Of a stretch of 64,000 nucleotides of DNA, positions 18,029 to 26,373 are shown piece by piece. Made by a program: the position numbers and the translations under genes. Positions within the stretch are counted from its first letter, which is position 1, and the number at the start of each line of letters is the position of its first letter. Source of the DNA: Parcubacteria bacterium C7867-006 (lineage in GTDB: Bacteria; Patescibacteriota; Minisyncoccia; Phycocordibacterales; DATDWN01); assembly GCA_001189155.1 (NCBI GenBank), contig LFCP01000001.1, positions 23,160 through 87,159 of the forward strand, in the 5' to 3' direction. The notes beneath the pieces are model-generated. The model saw nothing but the letters and a program-made list of their open reading frames with translations. It was not told where the DNA came from and ran no database searches.

Positions 18029-19561
18029 TTATCGTGCAAATTCTATGTTTCTAGACTCTCTGATTAGTGTAACTTTTATTTCACCAGGATATTTTAGTTC
18101 TGATTCAATACGAAGTGCAATATCACGCGCCATTTTCTTTGCTTCTAGGTCTGTAACTTCAGTTGGTGTAACAAAAATTCTTATTTCACGACCAGCTTGT
18201 AATGCATAAGATTTTTCTACACCTTTAAATGAAGAGGCAACAGCTTCTAGGTCTTTCAATCTCTTCAAATAATTTTCAATACTATCTCTTCTTGCACCAG
18301 GTCGTCCTCCAGATATTGCATCAGCAGATTGAACGATCATTGATTCCAATGTTTCGTAAGGATACTCGTTGTGATGCGCTTCCATTGCTTTGATAATATT
18401 TTCATCAGTTCCAAATTTTTGTAGAATTCTTCTTCCGATTTCAACGTGAGTACCAACAACTTCATGATCAAGAGCTTTTCCGATATCGTGAACTAGTGCT
18501 CCCGCTTTTGCAACCTGAACATTTGCACCGATTTCTTCTGCAATCATTCCTGCGATGTGCGCCATCTCAACAGAGTGTGCTAGAACATTTTGTCCGTAAC
18601 TTGTTCTGAAGTGCAGTCTTCCTAGTATAGAAACAACTCTCGGATCCAAACCAAGCACTCCGGTTTCGTAAACAGCTTCTTCACCTTTTTCTTTTATTGT
18701 TTTTGCAATTTCTGCCTCAGCTTTTTGAACCATCTCTTCAATTTTTGCTGGTTGTATTCTTCCGTCAGCAACCAGTTTCTCGAGAGCGTTTTTAGCTATT
18801 TGTCTTCTGACTGGATCAAAAGAAGAGATTGTGATTGAACCGGGAGTATCATCCACGATAACTTCAACTCCTGTTGCTCTCTCAAAAGCCTTTATATTTC
18901 GACCTTCTTTTCCGATTATTTTTCCTTTTAGCTCATCGTTAGGAATAGCAACTTGGGTAGTTAGCATATCCGAAGAAACAGAGTTGGCCAAACGCTGTAT
19001 TGATGTGGCCAGAATTTCTTTTGCTTTTTCTTCAAGTTTTTCTTGGCCAGATTGTTCTAGTTTTCTCATCTTAACCAAAATGTCTTCTTCTGATTCTCTC
19101 TCAACTTTTTTTATAATTTCTTCCCTAGCTTCTTCTTGTGAAAGTTTTGCAATTTTTTCTAACTCTTCTTTTTTCTGAGACTCAAGTAGTTCCGCATTTT
19201 GTCTGATATTTTTTATTTCTTCAATTCTTTTTTTTACTTCTTCTACTTCTTTATCTATTTCTGTTTGTCTATGATCAAGAAGCTCATCTTTTTTGATAAG
19301 TCTTTCCTCATTTTTTTTGTTATCTTCTTCTTTCTGCTTTATTTCTACTCGGGCTACTTTCAGTATTTCTTCAGCTTTGTTTTCCGCCTCTTCAATTATT
19401 TTCTGTTCTCGGTCTTTGGCTTCCAACATCATTTGTTTGATGTCGAGTTCCATTGATCCTCGTCTTCCTCTTGAAACCAAAATTCTCAAACCGTAACCAA
19501 GCGCCAATGAAACCAGTGACGCTGTGCTCAACATGAGCGCAATTATTTTTAATGAAAACAT
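18029..19561 (-). CDS. rny: Ribonuclease Y
   Basis: N-terminal TM segment, coiled coil, KH domain (GKIIGKEGRNIKAFERATG) and HD domain (HSVEMAHIAGMIAEE...VHDIGKA). Confidence 0.9.
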   Translation of the reverse strand: MFSLKIIALMLSTASLVSLALGYGLRILVSRGRRGSMELDIKQMMLEAKDREQKIIEEAENKAEEILKVARVEIKQKEEDNKKNEERLIKKDELLDHRQTEIDKEVEEVKKRIEEIKNIRQNAELLESQKKEELEKIAKLSQEEAREEIIKKVERESEEDILVKMRKLEQSGQEKLEEKAKEILATSIQRLANSVSSDMLTTQVAIPNDELKGKIIGKEGRNIKAFERATGVEVIVDDTPGSITISSFDPVRRQIAKNALEKLVADGRIQPAKIEEMVQKAEAEIAKTIKEKGEEAVYETGVLGLDPRVVSILGRLHFRTSYGQNVLAHSVEMAHIAGMIAEEIGANVQVAKAGALVHDIGKALDHEVVGTHVEIGRRILQKFGTDENIIKAMEAHHNEYPYETLESMIVQSADAISGGRPGARRDSIENYLKRLKDLEAVASSFKGVEKSYALQAGREIRIFVTPTEVTDLEAKKMARDIALRIESELKYPGEIKVTLIRESRNIEFAR

Positions 19562-19773
19562 ATTTTATGCTGGCAGTTTCTCGTCTCTCGTTTTAGGAAT
19601 TTCTAGTGTTATTTAAGTAAATTCTATAAGTCTTTAAGATTTTGTATGTGTTGGGGTTTCAGTCAGTCGGGATATAAACAGGAAAGTCATCAGGAAAAAC
19701 AAAAAACAACCGTTTATTATTTAATCAATAATAAACTCACTATATAAGAAACGTCGTCATAAGTCAAAAATGG

Positions 19774-19903
19774 ATAAAACTCGTAAATCTGGCAAATTTC
19801 TGTGTTGCTAGGATTATTTGCTCCACGCGCAGTACTATAATGTACAGCTTGGTCACAAATAATCCGTCGCGCCTTGAACTTTACTCAGATTTACGAGTTT
19901 TAT
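19774..19903 (-). repeat. Structured repeat element, copy 1: nested long hairpin (18-bp outer and 10-bp inner inverted repeats) homologous to 41722..41834
   Basis: Outer ataaaactcgtaaatctg / cagatttacgagttttat; inner ggattatttg / caaataatcc; conserved core GUUCAAGGCGCGACG...UAGUACUGCGC.UGGAG...CUAGCAAC. Confidence 0.6.
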
Positions 19904-19926
19904 GAAATACCAGAATAGATTTGAGA

Positions 19927-20499
19927 CTATAAAACTTTATCCACGATTCCGTATTTTTTAGCCTCCTCAGCTGACATAAAGAAATCTCTATCCATATCTT
20001 TTTCTACTTGAGCTAGGGGTTTACCTGTATTTTTAGAGAATATTTTGTTCAGACTGTCCTTGTTTTTAAGCATTTGTCTAGCTGTAATTTCAATATCTGA
20101 GACTTTTCCTTCAATTCCTCCTCCCCAAGGTTGGTGGATCATAACCTCTGCGTTAGGCAAAGAGAATCTTTTACCCTTTGTCCCTGCAGCTAGTATGTGA
20201 GCGCCCATAGAAGCAGCTATCCCTACAGCAACTGTAGAAATATCGTTCTTTATATGGTTCATTGTGTCTATAATAGCCAAACCTGCTGTAACGCTACCTC
20301 CAGGAGAGTTTATATAGAAAGAAATATCCTTTTTTGGGTCTTCTGACTGCAAAAATAGCATTTGAGCTATGATGAGGTTAGCTACGTGGTCATCAATTGG
20401 ACCATCTAGAAAGATGATATTGTCTCGTAAAAGTCTAGAGAATATATCGTATGCTCTCTCTCCAAACTGTGATTTTTCTATTACTGTTGGTATTAACAT
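19927..20499 (-). CDS. clpP: ATP-dependent Clp protease proteolytic subunit
   Basis: ClpP fold with the catalytic Ser in GIAASMGA, plus MIHQP. Confidence 0.9.
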   Translation of the reverse strand: MLIPTVIEKSQFGERAYDIFSRLLRDNIIFLDGPIDDHVANLIIAQMLFLQSEDPKKDISFYINSPGGSVTAGLAIIDTMNHIKNDISTVAVGIAASMGAHILAAGTKGKRFSLPNAEVMIHQPWGGGIEGKVSDIEITARQMLKNKDSLNKIFSKNTGKPLAQVEKDMDRDFFMSAEEAKKYGIVDKVL

Positions 20500-20604
20500 G
20501 AAAATGAGTATAGCAGAAAGTAAAGAATAGGTAAAATTGGTTTAAAAAAGAGCCCGGCAGAATTATCTACCGGGCCCTCAACTCTTCCAGTGGCCGTTCG
20601 ACCT

Positions 20605-20790
20605 CTACTGGAAACGCGATCTTCCTTCCGATGTGGTCCTCAGCCCGACGGTTTCGTCCTGGGTCGGGTTGTTTTTGGGAAGGTTGTTGTACTCGGGACA
20701 CGCCTTGCCGTGCCCTGCATTTCCATGGAAAGTCTGGTTGCACCACGGGCACTCGCGTTCCCGAGGCGGGTCCACAAAAGATCTTGGCAT
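20605..20790 (-). CDS. Small Cys/His-rich protein (61 aa, putative zinc ribbon) in GC-rich mini-cassette B
   Basis: About 60% GC. GGAGGAGGAG SD immediately upstream of ATG. CPWCNQTFHGNAGHGKAC motif. GC hairpin terminator gagggcccgg..ccgggctc followed by T6 at 20550-20590. Confidence 0.5.
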   Translation of the reverse strand: MPRSFVDPPRERECPWCNQTFHGNAGHGKACPEYNNLPKNNPTQDETVGLRTTSEGRSRFQ

Positions 20791-20822
20791 ACTCCTCCTC
20801 CGAAATATGTTATCATTTTGTC

Positions 20823-21527
20823 ATGAGAATTCATAGATTCTACATAAGTACACCAATAACTGATAAAAAGTTTGATATTTCAGATAGGGAGTTAGTTCAT
20901 CAGTGGAGGTCAGTATTTCGTTATAATGTTGGTAGTCAGGTTATTCTTTTTGATGGAAGCGGGGTAGACTATGTTTGCATGATAACCTCAATCAGAAACC
21001 TCGGCGCATCCGTAGAAGTATTTAGTGAGAAAAATACAGAGCTTGCACCACGTAGGAATATCTACCTGTGTATGGCGCTTGTTAAAAAGGATAACTTTGA
21101 ACTTATTGCGCAAAAAGCTACAGAACTTGGTGTTAACCATATTATTCCAATACTATGTGAGCATAGTGAAAAGAGAAAATTAAATATGGAGAGATTAAAA
21201 AAAATTACGATTGAAGCCTCTGAACAGTCTGGTAGGGGAGATGTTCCAACTATTTACGAAATAATGAAGATCGAAGAGATCTTCCAGAAGGGTATTCTCC
21301 CTCAAGAAAAAATAGCTCTTCATCCAGAAGGTGAAGGTATTCATAAATATTTGTCAGGGTTAAATAGTGTAAACTCCTTTGCTGTTTTTATTGGTCCAGA
21401 AGGAGGATTTAGTCCAAAGGAAATAGAACTTTTTAAGTCATATAACATATCAGTCATATCTCTAGGTTCTCAGATTCTGCGTGCAGAAACAGCAGCTATT
21501 GCTACTGCAAGTATTTTATTGATTTAG
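20823..21527 (+). CDS. rsmE: 16S rRNA (uracil1498-N3)-methyltransferase RsmE
   Basis: MRIHRFYI start, PUA-like N-terminus and a SPOUT C-terminus (GPEGGFSPKEIE). The listed ORF from 20631 is an upstream extension running into cassette B. Confidence 0.8.
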   Translation: MRIHRFYISTPITDKKFDISDRELVHQWRSVFRYNVGSQVILFDGSGVDYVCMITSIRNLGASVEVFSEKNTELAPRRNIYLCMALVKKDNFELIAQKATELGVNHIIPILCEHSEKRKLNMERLKKITIEASEQSGRGDVPTIYEIMKIEEIFQKGILPQEKIALHPEGEGIHKYLSGLNSVNSFAVFIGPEGGFSPKEIELFKSYNISVISLGSQILRAETAAIATASILLI

Positions 21528-21568
21528 ATTAAACAAAAAAACGGTATTCACCGTTTTTTGTTTCGCTG

Positions 21569-22000
21569 TTATTTATTGTACCAATTTTTATACCACTCTT
21601 GCATTTGTAATATTTCTTTGTTTTGTGCGGTAATTATGTTTGTAGACAAGTCTTTTATCTCTTGGTGTTTTGCATTTTGTAGTGCTGACTGTGCCATTAG
21701 GACTGCACCTTGATGATGAACTATCATTTCAGAAAGGAAGGCTTTGTCAAAATCATCTCCTGTCTTTCCATTTAGACCCAACATCATATCATCCATCATT
21801 CCAGACATACCTCCCGCACCATTGTTACTCATTAACTGTCCGTCTGGCATTTTATGCATACCTGAAAATTTTGAAGAGTTGTTACTAGCAAGCATATAAC
21901 CAAGAACAAGTCCCAAGATCATAGTTGATACCACCAAAACAATCGTATTGTTTTTTTCCATTATATTTTCAATTAATTTAGTCCTATGTTTGTTATACAA
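21569..22000 (-). CDS. DUF305 family membrane-anchored protein
   Basis: FDKAFLSEMIVHHQGAVLMAQ DUF305 motif with an N-terminal TM segment. Confidence 0.6.
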   Translation of the reverse strand: MYNKHRTKLIENIMEKNNTIVLVVSTMILGLVLGYMLASNNSSKFSGMHKMPDGQLMSNNGAGGMSGMMDDMMLGLNGKTGDDFDKAFLSEMIVHHQGAVLMAQSALQNAKHQEIKDLSTNIITAQNKEILQMQEWYKNWYNK

Positions 22001-22014
22001 ACATCAAGAGGCTT

Positions 22015-23085
22015 TTATTCCAAATTCTCTAAAAATTGAAATACTAACTCATTTGTCATAAAAGTCTCTACATACATTCTTACTCGGAATCTATCAGCGT
22101 CTTTGTAGTGAGAAAGAATATGTTCCATTTCTTTTTTAACCTCCTCTTCGTTTGGAGATAGACTCTCATCTTTTGCTATAGTGTTCAGTATTACTTGAGA
22201 TTTAGCTCTTTTTGTCGCTGTATCTTTCCACTCAGATCTTAAATCATCCTCTGTTTTCTTAATGTGTTTCAAGTAATCTTCAAAAGATAATCCTGATCTA
22301 GCAATATCGTCTTTGAACTGTGCTGTCATTTTATCCAGCTCTCCATCAATTATTATTTTAGGTAAATCAATAGTTGATTCTTCCATAATTTTTTCCAACA
22401 CCTCTGTTCTTCTTTTATCTTTTTCTTTAACTTCTTTTTCTTTGGCTAGGTTTTCTTTAATTTTTGACTTGAAGTCATCAACATTTTTGAAGTCTCCCAA
22501 CATTTTTACAAAATCATCATTTACTTCCGGTAGGTCTGCATCAGTTACTTCTCTGTGGTTATGCTCTTTACCTCCTCCAGCTTCAGCGTGAACTTTTTCG
22601 TGAGCAATATTTTCTCTGATTGTTTTTATTACATCATCAACTTCTTTTTCGGAAACTTCAGTTTTCTCAACATCTTTTGAGAAAGTTTTTTTTGAAATTT
22701 TTTTGTAGTCAGCAAGTTTTACCTCTGGCATTAAAGCAGTTTTAACTTTAAACTCCATATCACTACCAACACCAATTTTTGTGATCGTTATTTCCGGTCG
22801 TCCAATAGCGTCTATTTTGTGTTCTTCCAAAATATTAGGATATTCTTCGTTTAGAGCTATTTCAGCAGCTTCTTCTAATAGAGAACCCTCTCCAACTTTT
22901 TGAGCAATAAGATTTTCTGGAGCATTACCTTTTCTAAATCCCGGTATTTCTACGGTCTCCCTAAGTCTTTTTATAGCTTTCTCTCTCATTAAGCTCATTT
23001 TTTCTGCAGTAATAGTTCCTATAATTTCCAACTCTCTTTCTGGAAGAGGGCTAAGTTTAACGTCTTTATAGTGTTTTTTTGTCAT
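22015..23085 (-). CDS. tig: Trigger factor lacking the PPIase domain
   Basis: N-terminal ribosome-binding domain (GFRKGNAPENLIAQKVGE signature) and C-terminal chaperone arm. Synteny with clpP. Confidence 0.7.
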   Translation of the reverse strand: MTKKHYKDVKLSPLPERELEIIGTITAEKMSLMREKAIKRLRETVEIPGFRKGNAPENLIAQKVGEGSLLEEAAEIALNEEYPNILEEHKIDAIGRPEITITKIGVGSDMEFKVKTALMPEVKLADYKKISKKTFSKDVEKTEVSEKEVDDVIKTIRENIAHEKVHAEAGGGKEHNHREVTDADLPEVNDDFVKMLGDFKNVDDFKSKIKENLAKEKEVKEKDKRRTEVLEKIMEESTIDLPKIIIDGELDKMTAQFKDDIARSGLSFEDYLKHIKKTEDDLRSEWKDTATKRAKSQVILNTIAKDESLSPNEEEVKKEMEHILSHYKDADRFRVRMYVETFMTNELVFQFLENLE

Positions 23086-23170
23086 GGATTTCAGTCTATA
23101 TTGCTGATTTACTTTTGTAAAGCAAAAATCACCTTTAGGGTGATTTTTGTTAATTTACCTATTTTTTATT

Positions 23171-23449
23171 TTAGTTGCTTACTTCTGTTCCTAGGCCGTC
23201 TAGTTTTGTGTTATTTAGGTCTGCTTCGATAGAGTTCAGGTCGTCAGAATTTGAAACACTTTTTATTGTTGCAGCCTCACTCATTTCTACTGGCTGTTGA
23301 GTGTTTGCACTATCTGTTACAAGGTTTTGTCTCAATTTTGATTCTTCTACTCTTTTACCCCAGAAATAGAGTCCTCCAAGAATAATAATCGCGATGATGA
23401 CTATTGTTCCTATGATAGAGCCAACTGATGATTTGTTTTCTTGTTCCAT
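23171..23449 (-). CDS. Small hypothetical membrane protein
   Basis: 92 aa with one TM segment (IIGTIVIIAIIILGGLYFW). Confidence 0.4.
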   Translation of the reverse strand: MEQENKSSVGSIIGTIVIIAIIILGGLYFWGKRVEESKLRQNLVTDSANTQQPVEMSEAATIKSVSNSDDLNSIEADLNNTKLDGLGTEVSN

Positions 23450-23469
23450 ATGTTTTATTTATCCTATTG

Positions 23470-24069
23470 TTAATTTGTCTCTTTAGTAGAAGATGCGTTT
23501 TTTAGCTGTGATACTCCTCTCAAAACTCCCACTGATTTCAATAAATCTTTGTGTGCCTCTCTAAGGTGTTTTTCTATTTCCTGAGCAGAATTTCTCATGC
23601 TTTTTATTGTTGTTGTTGAGAGTCTATCTGTAGTTGATGATGCTATTTCTTTGTCTTCATTCGCTATTACTTCTAGAGCGTCTAAATTTTTCTGTGCCTC
23701 ATCTATGTGAGTTTTTGCACTAGCTACCAATTTTTCTGCTTCTGTTGTTGATCCTCCGTTGGCTTTAATTTTGTCAATTCTTGAGTTTATTTTTGCCATT
23801 ATTATTTTCTCTCTGTCTATTGTAGCTTGGAATCTGTCAAACATTTTTCCATATCTTTTTTCAACTTTGTTTTTTATAAGATCCTTCAATGCATTTATTT
23901 GTGCCTGAGTTGAGCTCGCTATGTTTTTTATTTCTGCACGAGTATCCTGTCTAACAGTTTTCATCTGATTTCTTATTGTCGAACTAGAATTTGTTTCAGC
24001 ATTTGCAACTACAGCTCCTCCTAGTGCTAGAGCAGTAATCAATGAATTTAATATAATTTTTTTCATCAT
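23470..24069 (-). CDS. Hypothetical secreted coiled-coil protein
   Basis: Signal peptide MMKKIILNSLITALALGGAVVANA, then an alpha-helical repeat-like sequence. Confidence 0.45.
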   Translation of the reverse strand: MMKKIILNSLITALALGGAVVANAETNSSSTIRNQMKTVRQDTRAEIKNIASSTQAQINALKDLIKNKVEKRYGKMFDRFQATIDREKIIMAKINSRIDKIKANGGSTTEAEKLVASAKTHIDEAQKNLDALEVIANEDKEIASSTTDRLSTTTIKSMRNSAQEIEKHLREAHKDLLKSVGVLRGVSQLKNASSTKETN

Positions 24070-24210
24070 CTTTGGATAATTTTATTAATGGATAATATTA
24101 TATACCAAATAGGGTATATTTGTCCTTGCGACGTTTAAAACATTATGAACTTACAAAAAACTGTATCATGTTTGTGATACAGTTTTTTGTTTTGTTTTAT
24201 TACAATAGCT

Positions 24211-24732
24211 TTATTTCTGGCTGTTTTTGTAGCTTTCTATTGCGTGATCAAAAGCTTCTTTTGCTTTATCTGCTCCCTCAGTACTTTTTATTTCTACAGT
24301 TTTCTTTGAAAGACCTTTGTATGTTTTATAGAAATGCTCGATTTCTTTCATTGTATGTTTGTTAACATCAGCTAGGTCTCTTACATCGTCCCATCTTGGA
24401 TCATGAACTGGTACTGCAATAATTTTTACATCACTTTCTCCACCGTCAATCATATCTACCATTGCAACAGGTCTAACCTTCACTAGGATCCCTGGTAGTA
24501 GTGGGTATGTTGTTAGAACAAGCACATCTAGTGGGTCTCCATCTTCCCAAAGAGTCTGTGGAACAAATCCGTAGTCGTATGGATAGTCTTGTGCAGTGTG
24601 CATTGCTCGGTCTAGGCTGATAAGACCAGTTTTTTTATCTATCTCGTACTTGTTTTTAGAACCTTTATTTATTTCTATGATGACATTTATTTCATCTCGT
24701 GTTCCTGGATCAACTTCTTTTATTAGATTCAT
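24211..24732 (-). CDS. ppa: Inorganic pyrophosphatase (family I)
   Basis: EINKGSKNKYEID...DYPYDYGFVPQTLWEDGDPLDVLV. Confidence 0.9.
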   Translation of the reverse strand: MNLIKEVDPGTRDEINVIIEINKGSKNKYEIDKKTGLISLDRAMHTAQDYPYDYGFVPQTLWEDGDPLDVLVLTTYPLLPGILVKVRPVAMVDMIDGGESDVKIIAVPVHDPRWDDVRDLADVNKHTMKEIEHFYKTYKGLSKKTVEIKSTEGADKAKEAFDHAIESYKNSQK

Positions 24733-24772
24733 GTTTTTATTAAATTTAATCCTGATATTGTATCACAATTTA

Positions 24773-25930
24773 TTATTCTGATACTCCTGTTTCAGATTCT
24801 ACTGGAGCTTCTGAAGTTTCAGTTTTTCCTCCAACAGACTGAATATCTATTTTCCAACCAGTAAGTTTTGCTGCTAGTCTAACGTTCTGTCCACCTTTTC
24901 CGATTGCTAATGACTGTTGGTCTTCAGAAACAGTAACAGTTGCTTGTTTTTCTGCTTCATTGATTTTTACGTCAATAGTTTTTGCAGGGGATAGAGCATC
25001 CTCAATGAATTTCTTTGGATCATCATTCCACTCTATAATATCTATTTTTTCTCCACCCAACTCTGACATAACAGTAGAGACACGAACTCCTCTTTGTCCA
25101 ACCATAGAACCGACAGGATCTATATGAGAATCTTTTGATGAAACAGCTATTTTTGTTCTAGAGCCAGCTTCTCGTGCTATAGATTTAACTATTACAGTTC
25201 CATTAGCTATTTCTGGAGCCTCTGTTTCAAAAAGTTTTTCTAGGAATTTTGGATGACTTCTAGAAAGTCTTAGAAACACACCTTTTCCTGACTCTTCTAC
25301 TCTGTATAGATAGGCTCGGATTCTCTCTCCCTGACCAAATCTTTCTCCAGGGATTTGTTCCTCATATGGAAGTAGTCCAGTAGCTCGGCCCATATCTATA
25401 AATATATTACCTCGCTCTATTCTCTGAACTGTTCCAGAGACAATTTCTCCTTCTCTTTTTCCATATTCAGACATAACAGAAACTTTCTCTGCTTCTCTGA
25501 TTTTTTGCATAATAACCTGCTTTGCTGTTTGAGCGGCAATTCTACTATAATCTTCCTGGCCTTCTAGAGGGAAAACCATCTCATCCCCAAGCTGAACGTC
25601 TTTTTTAATACGACGAGCATCACCAATCATTATGTGTTTCTCTGGGTTGTATAGTTCTATTTCAGCTTCACCTTCTTTGGGTTCTAGGGGTATTTCGTCC
25701 TCGTTCATTGCTACTGTTGACTCATCAACTACGATTTTTACCTGAAACATTTCAGTTTTTCCTGAATTCATATCAAATTTAGCTCGAACGATTTGTCCTT
25801 TCTTTCCATATTCCTTTTTGTAAGCAGTAGCTAAGGCAAGTTCAATAGCCTCAATGATTTTTGCTTGAGGGATTCCTCGCTCTTCTTCTAGTTGAGCTAG
25901 TACTGAATGTATAACTTTTAAGTCCATCAT
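24773..25930 (-). CDS. nusA: Transcription termination/antitermination factor NusA
   Basis: NusA N-terminal domain, S1 and KH domains. Start taken at MMDLKV (25930); the listed ORF to 26053 is an upstream extension. Confidence 0.85.
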   Translation of the reverse strand: MMDLKVIHSVLAQLEEERGIPQAKIIEAIELALATAYKKEYGKKGQIVRAKFDMNSGKTEMFQVKIVVDESTVAMNEDEIPLEPKEGEAEIELYNPEKHIMIGDARRIKKDVQLGDEMVFPLEGQEDYSRIAAQTAKQVIMQKIREAEKVSVMSEYGKREGEIVSGTVQRIERGNIFIDMGRATGLLPYEEQIPGERFGQGERIRAYLYRVEESGKGVFLRLSRSHPKFLEKLFETEAPEIANGTVIVKSIAREAGSRTKIAVSSKDSHIDPVGSMVGQRGVRVSTVMSELGGEKIDIIEWNDDPKKFIEDALSPAKTIDVKINEAEKQATVTVSEDQQSLAIGKGGQNVRLAAKLTGWKIDIQSVGGKTETSEAPVESETGVSE

Positions 25931-25949
25931 AATGATTTTTGTTAATTTT

Positions 25950-25980
25950 TTTAAAAAAATGGCCCGCCGTGAGGCGAACT
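25950..25980 (-). terminator. Intrinsic terminator/attenuator hairpin immediately upstream of the nusA start
   Basis: Minus strand GUUCGCC-UCAC-GGCGGGC followed by U7, about 25 nt before the ATG. Confidence 0.5.
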
Positions 25981-26029
25981 TCAATAAAACAATAATATCA
26001 GCAACTAAATTATTTGTCAAATTAATAAA

Positions 26030-26300
26030 GAGAGGGGGCCTGTCCGAAGACAAGGCCCCCTCTGGTTTTGGTGCGGGACGTTATTAGTCCGCACCTAGGG
26101 TATAGGAATACCCTATAGCATCCAAGTCTAGATCTAAAAGACAATGATTACGACTACGGCGTGCTCTCAAGTCCCAGATGTACGTCTGTGGACGAGGCAC
26201 AGGTGACGGACTAATCATTGGTTTTGATCTAAATGAGTGTTGCGGGCACCCACTGGTGATATGGACTTGTCACCATTACGACACGGCGTCCGTCACCCCT
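26030..26300. promoter_or_regulatory. GC-rich highly structured leader/intergenic element between divergent nusA and pilB
   Basis: Hairpins AGAGGGGGCC..GGCCCCCUCU (10 bp), UAGGGUAU-AGGA-AUACCCUA and GGUGACGGAC...GUCCGUCACC (10-bp inverted repeat spanning about 75 nt). No ORF. Confidence 0.3.
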
Positions 26301-26373
26301 CAAATGTAAACGATATGCAGATTATTGCTTTAGTCAATTATTTTTATTTCTTATTAACATATGCGATTAGAAA

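Noticed and set aside
18831-19496. Plus-strand ORFs inside rny (18831..19178, 19199..19456, 19293..19496) and similar antisense ORFs inside pcrA, comM, recJ, fusA, tuf and the large 46442 gene
   Set aside because: They are antisense to well-supported conserved genes, low-complexity (Phe/Ser/Leu-rich) and typical of AT-rich antisense frames.
20631-20822. 64-aa Cys-rich N-terminal extension of the rsmE ORF
   Set aside because: It is read-through of the GC-rich cassette B on the opposite strand. RsmE homology starts at MRIHRFYI (20823).
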